This document shows positions 27,013-40,339 of a stretch of 64,000 bases of DNA, piece by piece (position 1 is the first letter of the stretch; each line of letters begins with the position of its first letter). The translations under genes were made by a program, and so were the position numbers. This DNA comes from Laetmonice hystrix (taxonomy: Eukaryota): assembly GCA_965235115.1 (NCBI GenBank), contig OZ249436.1:932001-996000 (forward strand), written 5' to 3'. Below the pieces are notes generated by a model. It was not told where the DNA came from and did not search any database. It saw nothing but the letters and a program-made list of their open reading frames with translations.

Positions 27013-27742
27013 GCAGTTCATCATTTAATGACAACATAACTGATTACATAGCGTATATATTTTATTCAATGTTAGCAGTTCATCATTTAATGACAACATA
27101 ACTGATTACATAGCGTGTATATTTTATTCAATGTTAGCAGTTCATCATTTAATGACAACATGATTACAAAGATATTGTATTCAATGTTAGCAGTTCATCA
27201 TTTAATGACAACATAACTGATTACATAGCGTATATATTTTATTCAATGTTAGCAGTTCATCATTTAATGACAACATAACTGATTACATAGCGTGTATATT
27301 TTATTCAATGTTAGCAGTTCATCATTTAATGACAACATGATTACAAAGATATTGTATTCAATGTTAGCAGTTCATCATTTAATGACAACATGATTACAAA
27401 GATATTGTATTCAAAGATATTGTATTGAATGTTAGCAGTTCATTATTTAATGACAACATGATTACAAAGATATTGTATTCAATGTTAGCAGTTCATTATT
27501 TAATGACAACATGATTACAAAGATATTGTATTCAATGTTAGCAGTTCATTATTTAATGACAACATGATTACAAAGATATTGTATTCAATGTTAGCAGTTC
27601 ATTATTTAATGACAACATGATTACAAAGATATTGTATTCAATGTTAGCAGTTCATCATTTAATGACAACATGATTACAGAGATATTGTATTCAATGTTAG
27701 CAGTTCATCATTGACAACATGATTACAAAGATATTTAATGTT
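27013..27742. repeat. AT-rich repeat of about 55-60 bp ending at the pyrimidine tract of rhomboid coding exon 1
   Basis: AATGTTAGCAGTTCATCATTTAATGACAACAT... repeated. Confidence 0.9.
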
Positions 27743-27763
27743 GCCTGTTTGCTGTTTGTCCAG

Positions 27764-27994
27764 ATGAGCAGTAAGAGACGTCGAAGTTTTAAGATCGCTG
27801 TCCACTGTCGAGACCGTGATATCATCAGTGAGACTGACTTTCACCTGGACACTGACAGACCGACACTGTTAGAGAAGATGGTTCGACGGATTGCCAAGGA
27901 GTTTCTGACAGACGAACGGGACCGCCAGTATTACGCTGACCACTACACGTGCTGCCCTCCTCCCATCTTCATCCCGGCCGTCACCCTCATCGAG
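27764..27994 (+). CDS. rho: Rhomboid intramembrane serine protease, coding exon 1
   Basis: cag|ATG MSSKRRRSF...RQYYADHYTCCPPPIFIPAVTLIE|gtcagt; CCPPP is typical of rho/RHBDL3-type rhomboids; 231 nt, phase 0. The ATG may be the start or internal. Confidence 0.93.
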
Positions 27995-30900
27995 GTCAGT
28001 TCATAGGGGGTATTACCACATGGTATAACACCCCCACGGGCGTAGGGGTTAGGGTTAGATCACATGGGCCTAAGTACGTGGGAGGGTTAGGGTTAAGGTT
28101 ATTTCCATAAGTAAAGATTATAAAAAGAATTGTGAGCAAATGTTTTTTCTTTTCAATAGTGTTGTCACCATATGTCTTGTCAGCATAATTATGTCTTGTG
28201 AACATTTGTCTTGTGAGCATTTGTCGTGTGAACATTTGTCTTGTGAACATTTGTCTTTTGAATATTTGTCGCAATTTGGTCATTCAGAGTCAGCTTTGGT
28301 CAGTCAGAAAAACAGTAGGCTTTTAGATACATGTGTATAGAGTCAGCTTTGGTCATTCAGAAAAACAGTAGACTTTTCGATACATGTGTATAGAGTGAGC
28401 TCTGCTGGAACTGGGAGGAAGGTATAATTTCGATCCCTGGTTTGACATCAGTAAAATGTATGGAGACAGCGATCTGTCTGGGCCACGAAGGTCACATCAG
28501 GCGGGTTGCAACTAGATCAAGGTCAAATGAAGGACACGGAGATCATGATAGATATTAGCCTACCAGGATCACTACGAACTTCTCAGTGTCGTAGAGAGGC
28601 CTGGTTTTAAAACGTTTACCTCAAAAACAAACGTTATGCAGGAATGTCTAGGTTAAGTCTGTATTAATATATGGGGAGTTGGTCCTCTCTGTATCTGCTG
28701 GTAATTGTAATAACGTGCAACGAGAACTGGTCATCAACGCAAAGTTAGAGTTAATACAAGGAAAGGTCTGCATCAAAATGAAATCCACACTTATAGAGAA
28801 TATGAAAGGATATTTAGGTCCAGCGCTAGACGTCTGGGGTTGTGCTGGAGTTGCTAGTAGCAACCGTCGCCAGGGGCAACGAGAGGCTTTTGTGGTCAGA
28901 GAGATAAGGATGTCGTCTATATGAGCGACCGTGGACAGGGGCTTGTGATCCTTCGACTGGAACTGTTTGATGTTGCTCCGTGCATCCCTCACTTCCTTCT
29001 TGTGCTCAGTTAACGGCCCAAAACAGTGTTTCTATACTGATATCATTATTGTACCTTTATTATGACTTTATAATTGACTTTTTATATAATTTCTATAATT
29101 TTGTTTCGAATTTTATTTCAGTTTTATATTTAATGAAATATTATAAAAGAAATTGCTATAAGACTTAAATTCTTGTGTATTTTTAAGTCCGTTTAGTGAG
29201 CTCCTATGACTGACAAGGAAGGCGGGTGATGGGAAAGTTACAGTAAATATGTTGTTCTGAAGATCCTCAAGCTCTGCCGACCTCATTGCGTTCTCTATCA
29301 CTGACATTCTCATCACAAGAAGTTTCCTGGATGGTCAGTGCGGTTCCGTGGCCTTCATCTGTCTTCATCCCCACTCCAGGCAATATGGGCGCGGATACTT
29401 AAATAGATTATGTAATTTAAAGAGAAGAAAAGTGAATCCTAGCGGTAAATCATGAATATCTTTGTCTCGCCCAACTTTTGGTTTGAATTAAATTATAACC
29501 GAAATGTAGGTTATGAAGTTAGCACATCGATTAGAGAGATACACGTGGCACTGGTGAGTGAGAAATTACTTCCGCGTGTGAGGTCATACAGGGGTCATAG
29601 GAGAACATTGCCATGGTAACCGAGTGTTGAGCAATGACCCTGGAACCTACTTCCGTCAGGTGACAAGACAATAAGTCGTGTCTGACCTTGGGTCCTATCG
29701 TGTCTGACCTTGGGTCCTATCCCTGTGCCCGGACCACTCAGACGGGACCTCCCATTCATTAGACTATCGCAGCAGGCGTTTACAGTGACGTTACCATGGT
29801 TACGGACCGGCAACCTGGTCCACGAGGTGCTCGATGACAAGGTAATTCTGATAAGTAATCGACTAAAGTTTGATACTAGGTGCAGCAGGCCGCGCGGGGC
29901 ATGCTGGGATCCCGGATCTGGGCGTCTTAAATACACAGTCGGCCATGTTCGGCACTTGTCGGGACACGATCAGCCACATCCGTACCCTGCGACCTCGTCT
30001 CGGGAAACCGACGGCAGAGGGCACTGCAGGGTATCAACATGGAGCAAGTGGAGACAATCAACTGGGAGGGGGGGGGGGGGGGGCTGGGGGGGGGGGCTGG
30101 GGGGGACGTCTCTAGCTCATGCGATCTAGACAATGCCACGGAGTATTCTTACATCTCTGTCAATATTTGTCTAGTGAGACAACGTGGTATCGAACCAAAT
30201 TTGTCATCAAAATAATAAAGTACAACTAACCATACAAATGTATATATATAAAAAAAAGAAATATTTCCGAGAAAGGTGACGAAGTTTGTGAAGTGGTGCT
30301 AAGGAACCACGATGTTGTAGCGTTAGCCCATCCCAGAAATGGGATCATGTGGTTTAGAAAACCTTTAAATTAGGCTCAAGTCAGTGAACTGCCGTGACGT
30401 CGCGCGTAAGAATATAGATATAGAATCCCTACGGACGTATCACTCCCACACCATAGCGTTACGGAAACGGAAGTCCTTCAACCGGACTATTCGGCAGCCT
30501 ACTGACTTGATCTGAGGTCTGACAGTGTGTGAGAGGGAAGACTCCAAGGTCTGCCCATGATGGTGACAAGGGAGCGAGTTGCAGTAATTCACTTATATAA
30601 ACTCAGGGTTAAAAAGTACTGGGATGAATAACTTATAAGTGAACGCGCAAACGGAGGAGAACCTGAGTGTTTTTGTAATCGAGAAGGATGCTCATAAATC
30701 TTTCACACTGCTTTAATATATCCGTCTTCACCATCTGGTGCAGCCGCAGGATCTGGTGCAGTCTGAGCTGGTCAGTGAGGTCCATCAGCCTGCCGTCATT
30801 ACAGCCCATTCCCGATGTGAAATGAGCAAAAAGTGTGGAATGCAAAAGTGGCAGCAGTGCCAACAGGGACAGGAACAGGAACGTCATCGTTCAATGAACT

Positions 30901-31029
30901 GCAATATGCTCAATCTTACGACTTTATTGAAGAAGTTATTGATGTTCTTTGAGTTCACTATATCTGAGGGGTTCTGATTGACCAGCCAATGAGAGGACAT
31001 AAGGACTTGTTGTGTAGACTAGTTGAGGT

Positions 31030-32206
31030 CCGCCTGTTGCAGGTGGGTTGTGCATGAACTCTGCCTGTTGCAGGTGGGTTGTGCATGAACTCTGCCTGTT
31101 GCAGGTGGGTTGTGCATGAACTCTGCCTGTTGCAGGTGGGTTGTGCCTGAACTCTGCCTGTTGCAGGTGGGTTGTGCCTGAACTTTGCCTGTTGCAGGTG
31201 GTTGTGCATGAATTCTGCCTGTTGCAGGTGGGTTGTGCATGAACTCTGCCTGTTGCAGGTGGGTTGTGCCTGAACTCTGCCTGTTGCAGGTGGGTTCTGT
31301 ATAAACCAACACGGTTTACTTCCTATATCGCAGGTGGGCCCTGTTCGATCTAACTCTGTTGCAGGTGGGTGCCTATATACTAAAAAGGCATGCCTGTACT
31401 TGCAGGTGGGCCGTGATAGTCTTTGCCTGTTGTAGCTGGGTCAATATGAACTCACAGGGTGTGCCTGTTGCAGGTGGGCCCTGATAGTCTTTGCCTGTTG
31501 TAGGTGGGTCACTATGAACTCACAGGGTGTGCCTGTTGCAGGTGGGCCCTGATAGTCTTTGCCTGTTGTAGGTGGGTCACTATGAACTGACAGGGTACTG
31601 TGCCTGTTGCAGGTGGGCCGTGATAGTCTTTGCCTGTTGTAGGTGGGTCACTATGAACTGACAGGGTGTGCCTGTTGCAGGTGGGCCCTGATAGTCTTTG
31701 CCTGTTGTAGGTGGGTCACTATGAACTGACAGGGTGTGCCTGTTGCAGGTGGGCCCTGATAGTCTTTGCCTGTTGTAGGTGGGTCTCTATGAACTGACAG
31801 GGTGTGCCTGTTGCAGGTGGGCCGTGATAGTCTTGCCTGTTGTAGGTGGGTCACTATGAACTGACAGGGTGTGCCTGTTGCAGGTGGGCCCTGATAGTCT
31901 TTGCCTGTTGTAGGTGGGTCACTATGAACTGACAGGGTGTGCCTGTTGCAGGTGGGCCCTGATAGTCTTTGCCTGTTGTAGGTGGGTCACTATGAACTGA
32001 CAGGGTGTGCCTGTTGCAGGTGGGCCGTGATAGTCTTTGCCTGTTGTAGGTGGGTCTCTATGAACTGACAGGGTGTGCCTGTTGCAGGTGGGCCGTGATA
32101 GTCTTTGCCTGTTGTAGGTGGGTCACTATGAACTGACAGGGTGTGCCTGTTGCAGGTGGGCCCTGATAGCCTTGCCTGTTGTAGGTGGGTCTCTATGAAC
32201 TGACAG
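31030..32206 (+). repeat. Compound minisatellite (31-bp and about 68-bp units) carrying about 30 acceptor-like CCTGTTGYAG|GTGGG motifs
   Basis: Resembles the true exon-2 acceptor CTGTTACAG|GTTGGG at 32215-32229. Confidence 0.9.
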
Positions 32207-32223
32207 GTCTCTGACTGTTACAG

Positions 32224-32366
32224 GTTGGGTTTTTCATCTACTACTGTCTGGAGGCAGGAGATATCAGCCCGGCTGGCCCGATTCCTGCCAACAGCATGTT
32301 CATCTATCGCCCTGACAAGAGGATCGAAATCTGGCGGTTCTTCTTCTACATGCTCATACACGCTGG
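32224..32366 (+). CDS. rho: Rhomboid coding exon 2
   Basis: cag|VGFFIYYCLEAGDISPAGPIPANSMFIYRPDKRIEIWRFFFYMLIHAG|gtgagt; WR motif; 143 nt; missed by the ORF track. Confidence 0.95.
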
Positions 32367-35300
32367 GTGAGTACATACCTTCTACATGCTCATACACGCT
32401 GGGTGAGTGCATACCTTCTACATGCTCATACACGCTGGGTGAGTACCTTCTACATGCTCATACACGCTGGGTGAGTACCTTCTACATGCTCATACACGCT
32501 GGGTGAGTACATGCTCATACACGCTGGGTGAGTACATGCTCATACACGCTGGGTGAGTACATACTCATACACGCTGGGTGAGTACCTTCTACATGCTCAT
32601 ACACGCTGGGTGAGTACCTTCTACATGCTCATACACGCTGGGTGAGTACCTTCTACATGCTCATACACGCTGGGTGAGTACCTTCTACATGCTCATACAC
32701 GCTGGGTAAGTACCTTCTACATGCTCATACACGCTGGGTGAGTACCTTCTACATGCTCATACACGCTGGGTAAGTACCTTCTACATGCTCATACACGCTG
32801 GGTGAGTACATGCTCATACACGCTGGGTGAGTACATACTCATACACGCTGGGTGAGTACCTTCTACATGCTCATACACGCTGGGTGAGTACCTTCTACAT
32901 GCTCATACACGCTGGGTGAGTACCTTCTACATGCTCATACACGCTGGGTGAGTGCATACCTTCTACATGCTTATACACGCTGGGTGAGTACATGCTCATA
33001 CACGCTGGGTGAGTACATGCTCATACACGCTGGGTGAGTACATGCTCATACACGCTGGGTGAGTACATGCTCATACACGCTGGGTGAGTACATACTCATA
33101 CACGCTGGGTGAGTACATGCTCATACACGCTGGGTGAGTACCTACCTTCTACATGCTCATACACGCTGGGTGAGTACCTACCTTCTACATGCTCATACAC
33201 GCTGGGTGAGTACCTACCTTCTACATGCTCATACACGCTGGGTGAGTACCTACCTTCTACATGCTCATACACGCTGGGTGAGTACATACCTTCTACATGC
33301 TCATACACGCTGGGTGAGTACCTTCTACATGCTCATACACGCTGGGTGAGTACCTTCTACATGCTCATACACGCTGGGTGAGTACCTTCTACATGCTCAT
33401 ACACGCTGGGTGAGTACCTTCTACATGCTCATACACGCTGGGTGAGTGCATACCTTCTACATGCTTATACACGCTGGGTGAGTACATGCTCATACACGCT
33501 GGGTGAGTACATGCTCATACACGCTGGGTGAGTACATGCTCATACACGCTGGGTGAGTACATGCTCATACACGCTGGGTGAGTGCATACCTTCTACATGC
33601 TCATACACGCTGGGTGAGTACATGCCTTCTACATGCTCATACACGCTGGGTGAGTACCTTTTACATGCTCATACACGCTGGGTGAGTACCTTCTACATGC
33701 TCATACACGCTGGGTGAGTACCTTCTACATACTCATACACGCTGGGTGAGTACCTTCTACATGCTCATACACGCTGGGTGAGTACCTTCTACATGCTCAT
33801 ACACGCTGGGTGAGTACCTTCTACATGCTCATACACGCTGGGTGAGTACCTTCTACATGCTCATACACGCTGGGTGAGTACCTTCTACATGCTCATACAC
33901 GCTGGGTGAGTACATGCTCATACACGCTGGGTGAGTACATGCTCATACACGCTGGGTGAGTACATGCTCATACACGCTGGGTGAGTACATGCTCATACAC
34001 GCTGGGTGAGTACATGCTCATACACGCTGGGTGAGTGCATACCTTCTACATGCTCATACACGCTGGGTGAGTACATGCTCATACACGCTGGGTGAGTGCA
34101 TACCTTCTACATGCTCATACACGCTGGGTGAGTGCATACCTTCTACATGCTCATACACGCTGGGTGAGTGCATACCTTCTACATGCTCATACACGCTGGG
34201 TAAGTACCTTCTACATGCTCATACACGCTGGGTGAGTACCTTCTACATGCTCATACACGCTGGGTGAGTACCTTCTACATGCTCATACACGCTGGGTGAG
34301 TACATGCTCATACACGCTGGGTGAGTACATGCTCATACACGCTGGGTGAGTACCTTCTACATGCTCATACACGCTGGGTGAGTACCTTCTACATGCTCAT
34401 ACACGCTGGGTGAGTACCTTCTACATGCTCATACACGCTGGGTGAGTACCTTCTACATGCTCATACACGCTGGGTGAGTACATGCTCATACACGCTGGGT
34501 GAGTACATGCTCATACACGCTGGGTGAGTACCTTCTACATGCTCATACACGCTGGGTGAGTACCTTCTACATGCTCATACACGCTGGGTGAGTACCTTCT
34601 ACATGCTCATACACGCTGGGTGAGTACCTTCTACATGCTCATACACGCTGGGTGAGTACATGCTCATACACGCTGGGTGAGTACATGCTCATACACGCTG
34701 GGTGAGTACCTTCTACATGCTCATACACGCTGGGTGAGTACCTTCTACATGCTCATACACGCTGGGTGAGTACATGCTCATACACGCTGGGTGAGTACCT
34801 TCTACATGCTCATACACGCTGGGTGAGTACCTTCTACATGCTCATACACGCTGGGTGAGTACATGCTCATACACGCTGGGTGAGTGCATACCTTCTACAT
34901 GCTCATACACGCTGGGTGAGTACCTTCTACATGCTCATACACGCTGGGTGAGTACCTTCTACATGCTCATACACGCTGGGTGAGTACCTTCTACATGCTC
35001 ATACACGCTGGGTGAGTGCATACCTTCTACATGCTCATACACGCTGGGTGAGTGCATACCTTCTACATGCTCATACACGCTGGGTGAGTGCATACCTTCT
35101 ACATGCTCATACACGCTGGGTGAGTACATGCCTTCTACATGCTCATACACGCTGGGTGAGTGCATACCTTCTACATGCTCATACACGCTGGGTAAGTGCA
35201 TACCTTCTACATGCTCATACACGCTGGGTGAGTGCATACCTTCTACATGCTCACACACGCTGGGTGAGTGCATACCTTCTACATGCTCATACACGCTGGG

Positions 35301-36760
35301 TGAGTACCGTCTACATGCTCATACACGCTGGGTGAGTACCTTCTACATGCTCATACACGCTGGGTGAGTGCATACCTTCTACATGCTCATACACGCTGGG
35401 TGAGTGCATACCTTCTACATGCTCATACACGCTGGGTGAGTACATGCTCATACACGCTGGGTGAGTACATGCCTTCTACATGCTCATACACGCTGGGTGA
35501 GTGCATACCTTCTACATGCTCATACACGCTGGGTGAGTGCATACCTTCTACATGCTCATACACGCTGGGTGAGTACATGCTCATACACGCTGGGTGAGTG
35601 CATACCTTCTACATGCTCATACACGCTGGGTGAGTACATGCTCATACACGCTGGGTGAGTGCATACCTTCTACATGCTCATACACGCTGGGTGAGTGCAT
35701 ACCTTCTACATGCTCATACACGCTGGGTGAGTGCATACCTTCTACATGCTCATACACGCTGGGTGAGTGCATACCTTCTACATGCTCATACACGCTGGGT
35801 GAGTACATGCTCATACACGCTGGGTAAGTGCATACCTTCTACATGCTCATACACGCTGGGTGAGTACCTTCTACATGCTCATACACGCTGGGTGAGTGCA
35901 TACCTTCTACATGCTCATACACGCTGGGTGAGTGAATACCTTCTACATGCTCATACACGCTGGGTGAGTACATGCTCATACACGCTGGGTGAGTACCTTC
36001 TACATGCTCATACACGCTGGGTGAGTACATGCTCATACACGCTGGGTGAGTACCTTCTACATGCTCATACACGCTGGGTGAGTGAATACCTTCTACATGC
36101 TCATACACGCTGGGTGAGTACATGCTCATACACGCTGGGTGAGTGCATACCTTCTACATGCTCATACACGCTGGGTGAGTACCTTCTACATGCTCATACA
36201 CGCTGGGTGAGTGCATACCTTCTACATGCTCATACACGCTGGGTGAGTACCTTCTACATGCTCATACACGCTGGGTGAGTACATGCTCATACACGCTGGG
36301 TGAGTGCATACCTTCTACATGCTCATACACGCTGGGTGAGTGCATACCTTCTACATGCTCATACACGCTGGGTGAGTACATGCTCATACACGCTGGGTGA
36401 GTACATGCTCATACACGCTGGGTGAGTACATGCTCATACACGCTGGGTGAGTACATGCTCATACACGCTGGGTGAGTACATGCTCATACACGCTGGGTGA
36501 GTGCATACCTTCTACATGCTCATACACGCTGGGTGAGTACATGCTCATACACGCTGGGTGAGTACATGCTCATACACGCTGGGTGAGTGCATACCTTCTA
36601 CATGCTCATACACGCTGGTTGAGTACATACCTTCTACATGCTCATACACGCTGGGTGAGTACCTTCTACATGCTCATACACGCTGGGTGAGTGCATACCT
36701 TCTACATGCTCATACACGCTGGGTGAGTACATGCTCATACACGCTGGGTGAGTGCATACC
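32344..36760 (+). repeat. Minisatellite (25/32/36-bp units, about 140 copies) made from the exon-2 donor junction
   Basis: TTCTACATGCTCATACACGCTGG|GTGAGT repeated; the first copy is the exon end. Confidence 0.97.
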
Positions 36761-37767
36761 TCGCCACCAGGTGGCATGACGATCTAAGGGCACCCACCAT
36801 TAGAATATCCAATGGGTACTCGAGCTTTTGCCCAGCCATTTGTTGTTGTTTCCTTTAATTGCCTTGTTGCCATATGGCTACATACACTTCAAACGCCCCC
36901 TGGCACCAAATTATAAGTCCCAGATGTCAGTTGACATTTAATTCACAAAGTAACCACCAGGGTGGTTCTAAGGTACAATACTGCCATCTAGCGGCAATGC
37001 GCAATATTACGACCATCCCAAGGACATGTCATGGCCGTCACCATCTAGAAAGCCGGCACAAACTGAGTACCTTTTTTTCAAGATATTTCTATATTCCAAC
37101 GAGTGCTGAAATAAAATGATCTTTGTATTTGTTTAGAGTAATAGACATAGAAAGTAATGAAATAGGTAATAATATGTGGAACAGGTTATGATAATCTTAG
37201 TTCAATGATATATATATTATGTAGCCAAATGGCTACATTGCCAAGTGCATAATCAGTTCATATAATCTGTTAGGCCTATTATATAGTTTGAATTTGTAAA
37301 GTTTGTGTAAAGTGTATTAGTATTAGTATTATTAGTATTATAGAAGAGATGTGATGATAGAAATAAAGAGTTGAGTCACAGTTATATGCATGTTGTATTG
37401 TTTTCCAGACTCAAATTGGATACCTGTACTTGGCAATGTAGCCAAATGGCTACAAACCCTATTTTCAAAAATTAGGTCAGCCCCCCCAATTTGAGTGTAC
37501 TTTTGTATTTCCACTGCATATCCACACCGTTTGGTGAGTTTATGGATTTTTTCTTCCAAGCAAAGGCATGTTGCCAATTAAAGGGTTAAAATTATTTTTT
37601 GCAATATTGTTCCTGCAAGTCGCAAAAGAGAAAGTTGATATATTATGTCCTTATAGAATTTTCTTTATTTCACCCCTGTCCCCGTATTCATTTGGAAACA
37701 CTCCAGGTATTCTACTGGCGCTTTCTAAGGAAGAAATAAACGCATTGTGGCTGTGGAAGTCGCTCAT

Positions 37768-38129
37768 TCCTGGTAATCACAACCATCCCCAGTCTGCAAA
37801 AAGTTAAATTATTCCTGGTAATCACAACCATCCCCAGTCTGCAAAAAGTTAAATTATTCCTGGTAATCACAACCATCCCCAGTCTGCAAAAGGTTACATT
37901 TTTTCTGGTAATCACAACCATCCCCAGTCTGCAAAAAGTTAAATTATTTCTGGTAATCACAACCATCCCCAGTCTGCAAAAAGTTAAATTATTTCTGGTA
38001 ATCACAACCATCCCCAGTCTGCAAAAAGTTAAATTATTCCTGGTAATCACAACCATCCCCAGTCTGCAAAAGGTTACATTTTTTCTGGTAATCACAACCA
38101 TCCCCAGTCTGCAAAAAGTTAAATTATTC
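37768..38129. repeat. 45-bp minisatellite, 8 copies
   Basis: CTGGTAATCACAACCATCCCCAGTCTGCAAAAAGTTAAATTATTY repeated. Confidence 0.95.
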
Positions 38130-38608
38130 TTAATCTTCTTGATATAATAAGTCCCCAATTCAAGTTGTCAGTAATGATGGTGACCTATGTATATTTCTTT
38201 GGGGAAACTTGTATATAATTGTAGCGGGGCAGAGTGGGCAGAGATCTCTGCGGACATTTCTCTCTCCCGACATTGTGAGGTTAGTGCATGGCAATGATAT
38301 AGGCTACTAGTGACAGCCAAATGTAGTACAGCGCGAGAGAAAACTCCATCAGCATAGGAGGTTTGTCCTTTTCGGCCACCGTACGAACGATGTCGGGGTT
38401 GCGGCGGCGGCGCGGCGGCGGCGCGGCAGGCCGCCGCTGGTATCGTCCACCTGGCCACATGTCGTGACTGTAAAATAATTACGGACACGTTTACCACACG
38501 CCAGGTGACCGCATCACATGGTGCCGTATACACCTCCATGTAACTTTGAGAACCCATTTCCTAGCCCGGCCAACTATGTGTTACAACCTTCCGTTCTGAG
38601 ATACTAGT

Positions 38609-39068
38609 CTTGTGTTGCTGTTGTTCAATGTTTAGGTGGGTGCACCTGTCAAATCGTCTGGTTCTATAATAAGCTAACCTTGTGTTGCTGTTGTTCAATG
38701 TTTAGGTGGGTGCACCTGTCAAATCGTCTGGTTCTATAATAAGCTAACCTTGTGTTGTTGTTTGTCAATGTTTAGGTGGGTGCGCCTGTCAAATCGTCTG
38801 GCTCTATAATATGCTAACCTTGTGTTGCTGTTTTTGAATGTTTAGGTGGGTGCACCTGTCAAATCGTCTGGCTCTATAATATGCTAACCTTGTGTTGCTG
38901 TTTTTGAATGTTTAGGTGGGTGCACCTGTCAAATCGTCTGGCTCTATAATAACCTAACCTTGTGTTGTTTTATTGAATGTTTAGGTGGGTGCGCCTGTCA
39001 AATCGTCTGGCTCTATAATATGCTAACCTTGTGTTGTTGTTTTTGAATGTTTAGGTGGGTGCACCTGT
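38609..39068 (+). repeat. 70-bp repeat, 7 copies, made from the exon-3 acceptor (branch point, tract and AG)
   Basis: GCTAACCTTGTGTTG...AATGTTTAG|GTGGGTGCACCTGT repeated; the last copy is the functional acceptor. Confidence 0.95.
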
Positions 39069-39167
39069 TTTTCAACATGCTCGTCCAGTTATTGGTTGGG
39101 ATACCATTGGAGATGGTGCACGGCTCCTGTCGGATTGGTACTGTGTATATGGCCGGAGTACTAGCAG
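39055..39167 (+). CDS. rho: Rhomboid coding exon 3
   Basis: tag|[39 protein letters not shown]|gtagat; HxxxN motif; 113 nt. Confidence 0.95.
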
Positions 39168-39524
39168 GTAGATCTCATCACATTTTCTATATCTTTCTAC
39201 TTGTTTCTAATGGTGTTTTCAGCCGGGGAAATCTAAGGTAACTTAGACATCACGGGTGGTTTATCATACGCAGTGTGTAAATACTAAGCTATTTTCATTC
39301 GCATTGAATTCATTAGATTATAAATTTGGTGATTATATAGAATTTGATGCTATCATATTATTACTATCTTTTGTTCCATGATTCCCCCATTTGTTTAGTA
39401 TTTTGTCGACCCGGGGTCCGTTTCACAAACAATGGTGCCATTTCCCCACCAGGACCATTGGCGACGCCTGTTATTGAAACGGACCACAATAGGCGTTATC
39501 ATGTATATGATACCATGGTTACAG

Positions 39525-39625
39525 GGTCACTGGGTACGTCCGTGTTTGACAAGGACGTGTTTCTGGTCGGTGCCTCTGGTGGGGTCTACGCCCTCCTGGC
39601 CGCCCACCTCGCCAATATCCTCCTG
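39525..39625 (+). CDS. rho: Rhomboid coding exon 4 (catalytic Ser)
   Basis: cag|[35 protein letters not shown]|gtgagt; GASGG motif; 101 nt. Confidence 0.97.
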
Positions 39626-39875
39626 GTGAGTAGCGCCCCCTACCGGGGCATCCAGTAACCTCAACTTGACCTCGATCAGACCCCGGTTATAATTAGTCAC
39701 CTGAGGGAGCTGTGGTGTAACGATATGGGTCTAACAGATAGACCAGACATAACTTCCAAAATAAAGACTTTTTATAAACCCTCACTTGTCTATTTTTGCT
39801 GGATCCATCCCTAACAACCTAGGCTATTTAAAGGATGCGCAACCTGGCCAAGCCAGTAGACGTCTACGTACATAG

Positions 39876-40171
39876 CAAGGGCGTAGGACGTACAGGAGGG
39901 GGCAGGGGGGCCATCCCCCCACTTTGAAATGAGGGGGGCCGGATTATGTCCCCCCCCCTTTTGACTCAGGAAAAGCATGTTGTAGTAGACCTCAAAGATC
40001 GAAATCAAGGAATCAAAAACGCATAAATACCCTCAGAATTTTGATCTCCAAATGACAGGAAATAGCGTTTTTGGCCGCCTAAATTTAAAAGACCCCGCTG
40101 GTTAGCGCCCGCGGGCTGAGGCCCCCCCCCCCACACACACACACACTTTCAAAGACTTTCCTACGCCCCTG
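39876..40171. mobile_element. MITE with CARGGGCGTAGGA TIRs and a 5-bp TSD CATAG (hAT-like)
   Basis: CATAG|CAAGGGCGTAGGA...TCCTACGCCCCTG|CATAG. Confidence 0.7.
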
Positions 40172-40339
40172 CATAGTCTTGTGGGCATTCCGAATAACAC
40201 TCAACATCACTCTTACAAGATGTAGCCTATACGGGACCTATCTCTGCGTTTACAGTGTAGAAATCTATGTCTATAAGGACCCAATTGCTTGGTAATAATC
40301 ACCTTGGCCTTTCATGTATGTTTTTTAATGTTTCTGCAG

